DNA of 52,871 bases from Thermoplasmata archaeon (GTDB lineage: Archaea > Thermoplasmatota > Thermoplasmata > Lutacidiplasmatales > UBA184): assembly GCA_050749765.1 (NCBI GenBank), contig JBOGRR010000002.1, positions 1-52,871 on the forward strand. The letters are read 5' to 3'. A program made the translations under genes and the position numbers. Every line of letters begins with the position of its first letter. The stretch's first letter is position 1. The notes beneath the pieces are model-generated. The model worked only from the letters and a program-made list of their open reading frames with translations, was not told where the DNA came from and did no database searches. Shown here one piece after another: positions 8,053-16,750 of this stretch.

Positions 8053-9345
8053 ATGGGGGGTCGGGACGCTCGGTCGCCCGTGGCGGAGGTCCCCGTCGAT
8101 CGCCATCGCTTCGGGGCCCGCGTCCTCGAGACCCGCTCGGCATCCGACCTCGCTCACGAGATCGCCCGGACCGATTCCGATCCCGAGGGCGTCGGCATCA
8201 TCACCCGCAAGGGACGGATCCTGCCGGTCTGGCTCGAGCACGTCTCGCTGCGCGCCTCGCCGCTCCTCAAGCAGGAGGCGCTCGCGGTCGGGGCCGATGC
8301 GGCGCACGCCCGAGGGGTCGCGGATCACTCGGTCGCGGAGAGCGCTGTGGTCCTCGTCGCGACCTGGGGGCAGTACCAACGTCTCCTGCCGAAGTTGCGG
8401 CGCCAGCCGTTCGGCCTCCATCCGCTCGCCGACGAGCTCGAAGCGGCGCTGCGTCAGTGGGCACGTCGCGCGCCGCGGACCGTCCGCGGCGCCCACCGCT
8501 CGTTCGCGGTCGGCGACCGACCCCGGGTGATGGGGGTCGTCAACGTGACGCCGGACTCGTTCAGCGACGGTGGGTCGTTCCTCGACCCGATCGCCGCGAT
8601 CGCCCACGCGCAGACGCTCATCGCCGACGGAGCCGACCTCATCGACATCGGCGGCGAGTCGACGCGGCCGGGCGCGTCGCCCGTCGACCCGGAGGAAGAG
8701 TGGCGGAGGATCGCTCCGGTCCTCGAGCACCTCGGTGCGAGTTCCTCCGTGCCGGTGAGCGTCGACACGCGACACGCCGAGGTCGCCCGCCGGGCGCTCG
8801 CCCGCGGGGCCGACCTCATCAACGATGTCAGCGGGCTCTCCGACCCCGAGATGCGACGGGTGGTCCGCGACGCGGGAGCGGCGGCGATCGTGATGCACAT
8901 GCGTGGCTCTCCGATCACGATGCAGTCCGATACCCACTACGCCGACCTGCGCTCGGAGGTCTATCGCGAACTCGCGCGGGCCATCGATCGTGCCCAGGAT
9001 GACGGGATCGGAATCGAGCACCTCCTCGTCGATCCCGGGCTCGGCTTCGGCAAGACCCACGAACAGAGCCTCGACCTGCTCGCCCACGCGGGAGAGCTCC
9101 GCAGCCTCGGTTGCCCGGTCGTGCTCGGCGCCTCGCGAAAATCGATGCTCGGCTGGGCGACCGGCGGCGCGCCGCTCGAGGGGCGCTCCGAGGCCGGGAT
9201 CGCAGCCGCGGTCCTCGCGGCGCTCCAGGGAGTGGAGATCATCCGAGCGCACGAGGTCGCCCCGACGGTGCGGGCGCTCGCGCTCGTGCGCCGGCTCGGC
9301 GAGACCGACCGCGGCCTCGACGACCCGCTCGCCGGCAGCGATTAG
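8053..9345 (+). CDS. folP: dihydropteroate synthase with ~165-aa N-terminal extension
   Basis: Pterin-binding domain: VMGVVNVTPDSFSDGG, DLIDIGGESTRPGA, VSVDT, LINDVSG, DPGLGFGKT, VLGASRKS. ATG 8053 was chosen because GTG 7984 would overlap the divergent gene. The N-terminal domain (ITRKGRILPVWLEHVSLRASPLLKQEALAVGADAA) has unknown function. Confidence 0.85.
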   Translation: MGGRDARSPVAEVPVDRHRFGARVLETRSASDLAHEIARTDSDPEGVGIITRKGRILPVWLEHVSLRASPLLKQEALAVGADAAHARGVADHSVAESAVVLVATWGQYQRLLPKLRRQPFGLHPLADELEAALRQWARRAPRTVRGAHRSFAVGDRPRVMGVVNVTPDSFSDGGSFLDPIAAIAHAQTLIADGADLIDIGGESTRPGASPVDPEEEWRRIAPVLEHLGASSSVPVSVDTRHAEVARRALARGADLINDVSGLSDPEMRRVVRDAGAAAIVMHMRGSPITMQSDTHYADLRSEVYRELARAIDRAQDDGIGIEHLLVDPGLGFGKTHEQSLDLLAHAGELRSLGCPVVLGASRKSMLGWATGGAPLEGRSEAGIAAAVLAALQGVEIIRAHEVAPTVRALALVRRLGETDRGLDDPLAGSD

Positions 9346-9355
9346 CGCGTTCGGA

Positions 9356-9544
9356 TCACTCCGGCAGGGGGTCGCCCGGCTTCGGCGTGTCGATCTCGAG
9401 GATCAGCGAGCCGACGTAGTCGCAGTTCTGGCAATGGTAGACCTGGCCGGTGATGAGCCCCGCTTCGAAGACGATCTTTGCCGACCGACACTGCGGGCAG
9501 AGCAGCGTGACCTCACTCGGATCTCGACTTCGCTGATGGCGCAT
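9356..9544 (-). CDS. small zinc-ribbon protein
   Basis: The 62-aa product carries CPQC...CQNC. ATG 9544 lies 32 nt inside the 3' end of gyrA in another frame, which suggests co-transcription. There is no homology call. Confidence 0.5.
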   Translation of the reverse strand: MRHQRSRDPSEVTLLCPQCRSAKIVFEAGLITGQVYHCQNCDYVGSLILEIDTPKPGDPLPE

Positions 9545-12116
9545 CGTCCTCCGCCTCCTCGCCCGTCGGCGTGAGTTCTACGTCGGTCGCTTCGGGCGCC
9601 CCGTCCTCATCGTCTGGTTTCGGGGAGGCCTCCCCGTCCTCGCGCTCGGGGCCGGCAGGCCCGGGGAGGACGATCGCGTCGCGGACCTCGTCCTTCTCGT
9701 CCAGTCGGATCACCCGGACGCCCATCGTGCTGCGGCCCTGCGAGCGGATCCCGCGGACCGGTGCGCGGATCGTGATCCCGCCCTGCGTGGTGACGAGGAC
9801 CTCCGAGTCCTCGGCGGTCGGCAGCACGGCGACCACGGCGCCGTTGCGTCCCCCCGTCGCGATCGTGCGCACGCCCTTGGCACCGCGCTGCGTCTTGCGA
9901 TAGTCCTCGACCGGGGTGCGCTTGCCGTATCCCTGGCTCGTGAGCGAGAGGAGGAAGGGAAACTTCGGGCTCACGGGGGCCATCGCGACGACCTGGTCAT
10001 CCTTCTCGTCGCCTAGGCGCACGCCGATGACCCCGTAGGTCGCGCGCCCCATCGGGCGAACGTCCGAGAGCGCACAGCGCACGAGCTGGCCGGCGCGCGT
10101 CGCGAGGATGATCTCGACCGACTCCTCGTCGATGAAGGCGACGTCGACGAGCTCGTCCTGGTCGAGGAGGATCGCTTGGATGCCGCTCGTGCGGATGTTC
10201 TGGAATTGACCGAGCCCGGTGCGCTTCACGTAGCCCCGGCGCGTCGCGAAGAGGAGCCACCCCTCGGTCGAAAGGTCGTGCACGGGCAGCAGGGTCTGAA
10301 CGCGTTCGCCGTCCTTGAGACGTGGAAGGAGGTTGATGACGGCCTTCCCCTTCGAGTGCCGGCTCCCTTCGGGGAGCTCGTAGGCCTTGAGGGTGTAGAC
10401 GCGCCCGAGGTTCGTGAAGAACAGGACGTCGTCGTGCGTGCGCGTGACGAACGTCCGGATGACGAAGTCCTCCTCCTTCGTCTCCATCTGGACGAGGCCG
10501 CGTCCGCCACGGCGCTGCCGGCGGTACTGGTCGAGCGGGAGGCGCTTGATGTAGCCGTCGCGCGTGACGAGGACGACGACCTCTGCATCGGGGATGAGGT
10601 CCTCGAGCGTGCGCGCCGTGAACCCCGGCACGATCCGCGTGCGCCGTGCGTCGCCGAACTTCTGCTTGAGGTCGGTCAGCTCCGTGACGATGAGCTGATC
10701 GAGCTCCGCGGGAGCTGCGAGGATCGCTTGGAGGCGTCGGATCAGCGCCTCCTTCTCCGCTTTCTCCTTCAGGACCGCCTCGCGCTCGAGCGCCGTCAGG
10801 CGAGCGAGTCGCATGTCGAGGATCGCCTTCGCCTGCTCGCTCGAGAGCAGGAACTTGCCCATGAGCGACGCCTCGGCGGCGGCAACGTCCTTCGAGCGCC
10901 GGATGATCTTGATGACCTCGTCGATGTGGTCGATCGCCGTGAGGAACCCTTCGAGCAGGTGGAGTCGCTCCTCGGCCTTGCGGAGCTCAAAGCGCGTGCG
11001 CCGTGTGAGGACCTCGCGCCGCTGAGCGATGTGGTGGTGCAGGAGCTCGCGCAGCGGCAGGACCCGGGGTTGGCCGTCGACGATGCACAAGTTGATCACG
11101 CCGAAGCTCGTCTCGAGCGGGGTGTGCTCGTAGATCCGGTTGAGCACGATCTCCGCGGGGACGTCCCGGCGGAGCTCGAGCACCACGCTCGTTCCCGCGT
11201 GGTCGGATTCGTCGCGCAGATCGGTGATCCCATCGATCCGCTTCCCTTTCACGAGGTCGGCGATGAGTTGGAGCAGGCTCGTCTTGTTGACCTCGTACGG
11301 GATCTCCGTGATCACGACCTCGTCGCGCCCGTCGCGCTCCCGCGGCTCGGCGGTGCCACGCAGGTGGAGCATTCCGCGACCGGTCTCGTAGGCCTCGCGG
11401 ATCCCCTCTTGAGAGAGCGCTCCCCCCGTCGGGAAGTCGGGTCCCGGCAGGACCTTCATGACCTCCTCGAGCGACGCTCCGGGGTGGCGGAGCAGCAGCA
11501 AGAGGGCGTCGATGACCTCGCCCAGGTTGTGCGGCGGCATGTTCGTCGCCATCCCGACCGCGATCCCCGCGGAGCCGTTCACGAGCAGGTTCGGGAGCTT
11601 CGTCGGGAGGTAGAGCGGTTCTTTGAGCGAGCCATCGAAGTTGTCGGCCCACTCGACCGTCTCGCTCTCGATGTCCGTGAGGAGCTCCTCCGCGAGCGCG
11701 CTCAACCTCGCCTCGGTGTAGCGCATCGCGGCCGGCGAGTCCCCGTCGATCGATCCGAAGTTCCCTTGGCCATCGACGAGCGGGTAGCGCAGGCTGAACG
11801 GCTGGGCCATCCGAACGAGCGCATCGTAGACGGAGAGGTCTCCGTGGGGGTGGTACTTCCCGAGGACCTCCCCGACCGTGCGCGCGCTCTTGCGGTACGC
11901 CCGGTCGTGGGTCGCTCCCGATTCCCACATCGACCAAAGGATCCGGCGTTGTACCGGCTTGAGACCGTCCCGACCGAGCGGGAGCGCCCGGCCGATGATG
12001 ACGCTCATCGCGTAATCGATGTAGGAGGTGTGCATCTCGCGCTCGAGCGGCTGGTCGCGCGTCCGATCAGCCGGAGCCTCCTCCGTTTCGAGCCGAGGTC
12101 GGGGACGCTCGCTCAT
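9513..12116 (-). CDS. gyrA: DNA gyrase subunit A
   Basis: Signature motifs: [31 protein letters not shown], active-site [11 protein letters not shown]-terminal beta-pinwheel repeats and an acidic tail. ATG 12116 overlaps the upstream stop (ATGA at 12113-12116). The upstream part of the track ORF is Arg/Gly-rich shadow sequence. Confidence 0.95.
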   Translation of the reverse strand: MSERPRPRLETEEAPADRTRDQPLEREMHTSYIDYAMSVIIGRALPLGRDGLKPVQRRILWSMWESGATHDRAYRKSARTVGEVLGKYHPHGDLSVYDALVRMAQPFSLRYPLVDGQGNFGSIDGDSPAAMRYTEARLSALAEELLTDIESETVEWADNFDGSLKEPLYLPTKLPNLLVNGSAGIAVGMATNMPPHNLGEVIDALLLLLRHPGASLEEVMKVLPGPDFPTGGALSQEGIREAYETGRGMLHLRGTAEPRERDGRDEVVITEIPYEVNKTSLLQLIADLVKGKRIDGITDLRDESDHAGTSVVLELRRDVPAEIVLNRIYEHTPLETSFGVINLCIVDGQPRVLPLRELLHHHIAQRREVLTRRTRFELRKAEERLHLLEGFLTAIDHIDEVIKIIRRSKDVAAAEASLMGKFLLSSEQAKAILDMRLARLTALEREAVLKEKAEKEALIRRLQAILAAPAELDQLIVTELTDLKQKFGDARRTRIVPGFTARTLEDLIPDAEVVVLVTRDGYIKRLPLDQYRRQRRGGRGLVQMETKEEDFVIRTFVTRTHDDVLFFTNLGRVYTLKAYELPEGSRHSKGKAVINLLPRLKDGERVQTLLPVHDLSTEGWLLFATRRGYVKRTGLGQFQNIRTSGIQAILLDQDELVDVAFIDEESVEIILATRAGQLVRCALSDVRPMGRATYGVIGVRLGDEKDDQVVAMAPVSPKFPFLLSLTSQGYGKRTPVEDYRKTQRGAKGVRTIATGGRNGAVVAVLPTAEDSEVLVTTQGGITIRAPVRGIRSQGRSTMGVRVIRLDEKDEVRDAIVLPGPAGPEREDGEASPKPDDEDGAPEATDVELTPTGEEAEDDAPSAKSRSE

Positions 12117-13507
12117 GGAGGCCCCGATCCCGCGGCGTGGGCCGCGAGCTGACCCGCGATCTCCCGATCGCAGATCGCGAGAAAGGCGTCCCGTCGTCCC
12201 TCCGGGATCGTCGCCCCGCTCGCGACCCGGTGGCCCCCGCCCTCTCCCCCGACCTCCGTCCCAGCGATGCGCAGCGCGCTCGCGAGGTCGAGCCCGCGCC
12301 CGACCAGGCGTAGCGTCCCTCGCGCGCTGACCTTGAGGGGGCCGGTGCCGGGCGGGGAGAAGACGAAGAGCGGCCGCTCCGGATCGACGAGGTAGTTCAT
12401 TGCGAGGCCCGCCTGAGTGCCCGCGAGCGTGGTGTCGGGGCTCTCGAACCATTGTAGAGCGCTCATCGAATTTAGCCCCCCCTCCTCGACCCGACGGAGC
12501 CCGGCGAGGATCCCCTGCCGCCAAGTCGCCTCGGCCGCACGGCCCTCCTCGAGCGCCCGCGGGTCCCCGAGGGCGATCGCGACGCCGACGCCCGGTATCC
12601 CCGCCCGGCCGCACGCGTTCTGGCGGTTGGAGAGCCCTTCCGCATCGAGGCCGAGCGCGGGGAGCTCGTAGCGATCTTGGCGCAGGACCTGGACGAACTC
12701 CGGCAGGACGTGAGCCGCTTCGAGCCGGTCGGAAAGGATGGTGACGAGCCGCTCGGTCTCTTCCGGGGTCAAGGACGCGGGCGTGCGGTCGGGGGGAAGG
12801 TTGTGCGCCGAGAGAAAGGCCCGCACGGGCTCCGGCCGGCCGGAGAGCCCCTGGAAGAACGGATCGATACTGGAGGCGATCGCCTCGAGCACGGTCGCGC
12901 CATGGAGGGCGAGCCCGGGATGTCGCTGGACGAAGGAGCGCTCGATCGCCTCGTCGACCAGCTTCGCATTGAGCCCGTGGAAACCCCCTATGTGCTGGCG
13001 GTCGGCGATCGCGCCCGAGAGCCCCCAGGGAGCGTTGTCCCAGTTGCGCGGGTCAAGGAAGATCGTGTAGAGCCAGGTGAGCGTCGCTGCGCACATCTCG
13101 TCCATCCCGTCGACGCCCCAGTCGAGCGGGTTCACGAGCGCGACCCGTTCGGGGAGCGGGATGGACGGGGTGTAGCGGTGGTGGTCGAGCACGATCACGG
13201 GGTGAGCGTGCGCTGCGTAGAGGTCGAGCCAGCTCGACCCGGTGTCGACGATCAGCGCGGGGCCGTTCGTCGACCGCAGGAGGTCGGCCATCCGCTCCCG
13301 CTCTACGGCGAGAAGCGGCGTCGCCTGAGCGGGGTAGCCGAGACGGGCGAGCGCTCGCAGCGCGCTCGAAGCGCTCGCGATCCCGTCTCCGTCGTAGTGG
13401 TAGATGACCCGCCAACGGGCCGGTGTCGACCGCAGGAGCTCAACGGCGCGTTCGAACTCTTCGGTGTAACGCGGATCGGAAACGAATCCGTCCGGCCCCG
13501 GGGGCAT
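12113..13507 (-). CDS. RecJ-like DHH/DHHA1 phosphoesterase (archaeal RecJ/Cdc45-GAN family)
   Basis: Motifs present: [17 protein letters not shown] and the DHHA1 motif [13 protein letters not shown] 13507 shares one nt with the rps15 stop (TGATG). Confidence 0.85.
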   Translation of the reverse strand: MPPGPDGFVSDPRYTEEFERAVELLRSTPARWRVIYHYDGDGIASASSALRALARLGYPAQATPLLAVERERMADLLRSTNGPALIVDTGSSWLDLYAAHAHPVIVLDHHRYTPSIPLPERVALVNPLDWGVDGMDEMCAATLTWLYTIFLDPRNWDNAPWGLSGAIADRQHIGGFHGLNAKLVDEAIERSFVQRHPGLALHGATVLEAIASSIDPFFQGLSGRPEPVRAFLSAHNLPPDRTPASLTPEETERLVTILSDRLEAAHVLPEFVQVLRQDRYELPALGLDAEGLSNRQNACGRAGIPGVGVAIALGDPRALEEGRAAEATWRQGILAGLRRVEEGGLNSMSALQWFESPDTTLAGTQAGLAMNYLVDPERPLFVFSPPGTGPLKVSARGTLRLVGRGLDLASALRIAGTEVGGEGGGHRVASGATIPEGRRDAFLAICDREIAGQLAAHAAGSGPP

Positions 13508-13962
13508 CACCCCACCTGGAGCGCGGCCCCTGCGGCCGAGTACCGCCAGGTCTCCGGAAGGACCTTGTGGTGGCGGTAGTAGCGAGCGAGCCGTCGGATC
13601 CTCGCCTCGATGAGGTTGAGGCCCCGTCGATTCGAGTGGTCCTTGGGGTGGGTCTGAAGGTGGTGCTGCAGGTGCACGACCCGCTTGAGAAGCGCTTGAA
13701 GGTCCTCCGGAAGGTCCGACTTCACGCCGTGCTCCCGAAGGAGGTCGGTGAGGCGCTCGCCGGTGACCGCCCGCGAGGACGGCACGCCGTAGGAGTCGCG
13801 CAGCCGCTGGCCGACCTGCGCCGAGGAGAGTCCAGTCTTCGAAAGCTGGACCGCCTGTTCGACGACCTCTTCTCGGGTCGCCGTGACCCATGCCGGCTTG
13901 ACGAGGGGATAGGGCCGGTGCGACCCGGCACGACCCTTGCGGCTCGAGTGCATTCGCGACAC
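13507..13962 (-). CDS. rps15: 30S ribosomal protein S15 (uS15, archaeal S15P/S13e type)
   Basis: Begins MSRMHSSRKGRAGSHRPY and contains HLQTHPKDHSNRRGLNLIEARIRRLARYY. The 151-aa length is typical of the archaeal form. Confidence 0.95.
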   Translation of the reverse strand: MSRMHSSRKGRAGSHRPYPLVKPAWVTATREEVVEQAVQLSKTGLSSAQVGQRLRDSYGVPSSRAVTGERLTDLLREHGVKSDLPEDLQALLKRVVHLQHHLQTHPKDHSNRRGLNLIEARIRRLARYYRHHKVLPETWRYSAAGAALQVG

Positions 13963-14063
13963 GGCCCCGCGCGGATTAGAGACCCCTACTTAACGGTGGC
14001 CGGGGGCCGGTCTGCGAGCGCCCTGCTGACGGGGCGGGGAGGGCGCGGGCTTTAGGGGAGGAG

Positions 14064-15230
14064 GTGGTGGCGGAGTCGGTCATCGTGGCGGAACACGACG
14101 AATTCACGGTCACTCCCTACGAGGTGAAGGGGCGGATCGACTACGCGAAGCTCCGCGAGCAGTTCGGCACCCAAGAGGTGAGCCCCAAGCTCCTCGAAGA
14201 GCTGAAGGCGCTGACAGGCGGGGAGGTCCACCCGCTGCTCGCGCGCGGGATCTACTATTCGCACCGGGACCTCGAGCACCTCCTCAGCGAATACCGCAAG
14301 GGGAACCGTTTCTTCCTCTACTCCGGGCGGGGTCCCTCCGGACCCCTCCACCTCTCCCACCTCGCTCAGTTCGAGCTGTGCCGCTGGCTCCAAGCGAAGC
14401 TCGACGTGCCGATGTACATCCAGATCACCGACGACGAGAAGTTCTGGGCACGGAGCCAGCTCGATCGAGAGGAGACCGTCCGCTGGGGTTACGAGAACCT
14501 GCTGGACATCCTCGCGCTCGGCTTCGATCGGACGCAGACGCACATCTTCTTCGACTCGCGCTCGATCGCCGCCCTCTACCCGCTCGCGATCCGGGTGGCG
14601 CGGAAGATCACCTTCTCGAACGTCAAGGCCGTCTTCGGCTTCGTGCCCAGCACGAACATCGGCTTGATCTTCTACACCGCCCTTCAGACGGTCCCGTGCT
14701 TCTACCCCTCCTGGGAGTCCGGGCGCAGCGTCCCGTGCCTGATCCCTTGCGGGATCGATCAGGACCCGCACTTTCGGCTCACCCGGGACATCGCGGAGTC
14801 GCTCGGCTACCCAAAGCCCGCCCTCCTCCACTCCCAAATGATCCCCGGCCTCCAGGAGGGGGTGATGTCGACGACGGGGAACGCGGTGGACAACGCCCTT
14901 TTCCTCAACGACCCACCCAAGGAGGTCGAACGAAAGATCCGCCGGGCCTTTACCGGTGGTCGCACGACCGTCGAGGAACAGCGTCGACTCGGCGCCACGC
15001 CCGAGATCTGCTCGATCTGGGCGATGTGGAGGACCCGCTTCGCCGATACCGATGCCAAGTTCGAGCAGATCACGAGGGACTGTCGCTCCGGGGCGTTGCT
15101 TTGCGGCGACTGCAAAGGGGAGATCCTCGAGAGGGTCCACGCGTTCTATCGAAACCACGCGGACGCGCGCGAGAAGCTCCGCGGCGAGATCGATCCGTTG
15201 ATCATCCGCGATCCTCCGAAGGCCGACTGA
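14064..15230 (+). CDS. trpS: tryptophan--tRNA ligase (archaeal/eukaryal type)
   Basis: Motifs: SGRGPSGPLHLSHL (HIGH region), IQITDDEKFW (Trp-specific) and GVMSTTGN (KMSKS position). The GTG start at 14064 is preceded by GGGGAGGAGG. Confidence 0.88.
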   Translation: MVAESVIVAEHDEFTVTPYEVKGRIDYAKLREQFGTQEVSPKLLEELKALTGGEVHPLLARGIYYSHRDLEHLLSEYRKGNRFFLYSGRGPSGPLHLSHLAQFELCRWLQAKLDVPMYIQITDDEKFWARSQLDREETVRWGYENLLDILALGFDRTQTHIFFDSRSIAALYPLAIRVARKITFSNVKAVFGFVPSTNIGLIFYTALQTVPCFYPSWESGRSVPCLIPCGIDQDPHFRLTRDIAESLGYPKPALLHSQMIPGLQEGVMSTTGNAVDNALFLNDPPKEVERKIRRAFTGGRTTVEEQRRLGATPEICSIWAMWRTRFADTDAKFEQITRDCRSGALLCGDCKGEILERVHAFYRNHADAREKLRGEIDPLIIRDPPKAD

Positions 15231-15415
15231 CGGAGCTCGCCGTCGGCGGAGGACTTTTATAGTCGACGCAGGGTGCTCCGTTCGAGAGAACCCAAGCCTG
15301 AGGCCGACTTCAAGCGTCCCGCCCGTCCTATTTTTGGATCTGGTCGTTCGCGAGAGTGGGTCCGGGCCCACGGAACCCTCACCCAAACGCGAAAGAAAGC
15401 GAAGAGGCAAACGAC

Positions 15416-15946
15416 ATGGAGAAGACCCTGACAAAAGTGCGAGACCTAACGCCGAGCTCGAAGCAAGTGAACGTGATGGCCAAGGTGGTCAACGTCGGAG
15501 AAGCCAAAGAAGTGATGGGCAAGTTCGGCGACCCGAGGAAGGTGGCGGAAGCGGTCGTCGGCGACGAGACCGCGACGATCATCCTCTCCCTCTGGAACGA
15601 GCAGATCGGATCGATCGCGAAGGACGAGGTCGTCCTGATCGACAACGGCTATGTGAGCCTCGTCCGGGGCCACATGCGCCTCAACGTCGGGCGATACGGT
15701 AACCTCACGAAGTCGACGGAAGCGATCGCTGAGGTCAACCAGACGCTTGACATGAGCCAGCAAGAGTTCGAGAGCGAGCGCCGAAGCTACGGCGGCGGTG
15801 GCGGAGGCTACCGCGGCGGTGGCGGCGGCGGTGGTGGCGGCGGCGGCTACGGCGGCGGATCCCGCTATGGTGGCGGGTCTGGCGGCGGTGGCGGCGGCGG
15901 CGGCAGTGGCGGCCGGGACCGCTCCGACTCCTACAAGCGCTACTAA
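15416..15946 (+). CDS. ssb: single-OB-fold ssDNA-binding protein (Sulfolobus-type SSB) with Gly-rich tail
   Basis: KVAEAVVGDETATIILSLWNEQIGSIAKDEVVLIDNGYVSLVRGHMRLNVGRYGNL parallels the S. solfataricus SSB core ([28 protein letters not shown]..., recalled from memory). ATG 15416 was chosen over GTG 15356. The C-terminal tail is GGGGGYRGGGGGGGGGGGYGGGSRYGGGSGGGGGGGGSGG. Confidence 0.85.
   Translation: MEKTLTKVRDLTPSSKQVNVMAKVVNVGEAKEVMGKFGDPRKVAEAVVGDETATIILSLWNEQIGSIAKDEVVLIDNGYVSLVRGHMRLNVGRYGNLTKSTEAIAEVNQTLDMSQQEFESERRSYGGGGGGYRGGGGGGGGGGGYGGGSRYGGGSGGGGGGGGSGGRDRSDSYKRY
15790..15918 (+). repeat. GGC/GGT trinucleotide low-complexity tract (encodes the poly-Gly tail of SSB)
   Basis: Directly visible as ggcggcggtggcggaggc...ggcggcggtggcggcggcggcggcagtggcggc. 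It is in frame within the ssb CDS. Confidence 0.85.
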
Positions 15947-15982
15947 GCCCCGAAGGGCCGCGGCGCGCACAACCCTTTCCTT

Positions 15983-16005
15983 CCCCCGCCCCGATGGGGC
16001 GGGGG
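15983..16005 (+). terminator. perfect 10-bp G/C hairpin downstream of ssb (candidate terminator or RNA-stability element)
   Basis: The sequence is cccccgcccc-gat-ggggcggggg, located 37 nt after the ssb stop and flanked by pyrimidine tracts (ccctttcctt and cccctcttcc). Archaeal terminators are usually oligo-T, so the assignment is tentative. Confidence 0.35.
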
Positions 16006-16024
16006 CCCCTCTTCCCCGCCGAGG

Positions 16025-16032
16025 ATTAAATA
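16025..16032 (+). promoter_or_regulatory. TATA-box-like element (ATTAAATA)
   Basis: This AT-rich octamer in GC-rich DNA is centred ~31 nt upstream of ATG 16060, consistent with a leaderless mRNA. Confidence 0.45.
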
Positions 16033-16059
16033 CCCTGACACGGTCATTGCGCATTGTCC

Positions 16060-16746
16060 ATGACCGACCCCAGCCCGCACGAGCTCACGATCTACGTTGA
16101 ATCTCGCAAGACGATCCGAAACTTCTATCGCCAAGTCGGCACGGTCACCCCCACGTCGCCGGCGATCGGCACCGCCCCGGTCGCTCAGGGAGAGACCCGC
16201 AGCATCAGCTCGGGGACTTCGGTCACCGATGAGCCCGTCTACTTCCTTTCCGACGATCAGGCGCGCTGCGTCGCTCTTGCCGAGGATCTCGGAAAACGCC
16301 GCGGCTACATGATCAAGGTCGTCGACATCGCGAAGTCGGGACGCCTCGAGCGCCTCGTCACGGAGCGTCTCAAAGGGATCGCCAAGCTGCCGGCCCTCGT
16401 GAGCGACGGGGAGGCCCGCATCGAAGGCGTCGAGGAGTTCACGGAGGAGCGGATCTGCGAATTGATGCCGTGCGACCTCAAGAACGTCCGCGCGTTCACC
16501 TACCTCAAGGTCAAGGGCGGGAACTTCGACGCGCTGCGCGAATCGCTCGTAACCTTCGCCCAAGTGAAGGAAATGCACTTCCTGACGGGGGACTGGGACA
16601 TCTTCGTTGTCCTCGAGTTTCCGCCGGGCTCGGGGCGCAAGCGCGAGGTCCTCGACTTCGTGACCGAGCGACTCCGCGCCCTCCCCGATATCGTGGACAC
16701 CTCGACGGTCGTGCCCGAGTACACGATCACGAAGTACCCCTACTGA
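16060..16746 (+). CDS. Lrp/AsnC-type ligand-binding (RAM) domain protein with N-terminal glutaredoxin-like domain lacking CxxC
   Basis: The C-terminal RAM domain reads AFTYLKVKGGNFDALRESLVTFAQVKEMHFLTGDWDIFVVLEF...LRALPDIVDTSTVV. The N-terminal half has a thioredoxin-fold-like pattern (LTIYVES..., YMIKVVDIAKSG, LPALVSDGEARIEG). No HTH domain is present. Confidence 0.75.
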   Translation: MTDPSPHELTIYVESRKTIRNFYRQVGTVTPTSPAIGTAPVAQGETRSISSGTSVTDEPVYFLSDDQARCVALAEDLGKRRGYMIKVVDIAKSGRLERLVTERLKGIAKLPALVSDGEARIEGVEEFTEERICELMPCDLKNVRAFTYLKVKGGNFDALRESLVTFAQVKEMHFLTGDWDIFVVLEFPPGSGRKREVLDFVTERLRALPDIVDTSTVVPEYTITKYPY

Positions 16747-16750
16747 TCCG

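Noticed and set aside
6991-9252. 753-aa minus-strand ORF spanning the kinase and folP loci
   Set aside because: The translation is Arg/Gly/Pro/Ala-rich low-complexity sequence, typical of a GC-rich shadow frame. It overlaps homology-supported genes on both strands. Only its last 70 codons (the Sm protein, 6991-7203) are real.
10176-12152. 658-aa plus-strand ORF antisense to gyrA
   Set aside because: It is antisense to a strongly conserved gene. Its Asp/Glu/Arg/Leu-rich mirror composition gives no recognisable motifs. The same reasoning applies to 14052-15434 (antisense to trpS), 18437-20137 and 17603-18400 (antisense to carB), 20134-21177 (antisense to carA) and 25187-26578 (antisense to ppx).
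15356-15415. GTG 15356 as the start of ssb (20-aa N-terminal extension MGPGPRNPHPNAKESEEAND)
   Set aside because: The extension is low-complexity and absent from the SSB family. ATG 15416 gives the family-typical N-terminus (MEKTLTKVRDL...) and is preceded by GAAGAGG.
15790-15918. Tandem GGC/GGT repeat as a possible CRISPR-like or non-coding satellite
   Set aside because: The period is 3 nt. It lies in frame inside ssb and encodes the expected Gly-rich SSB tail. There is no spacer-repeat organisation, and no CRISPR array was seen anywhere in the window.
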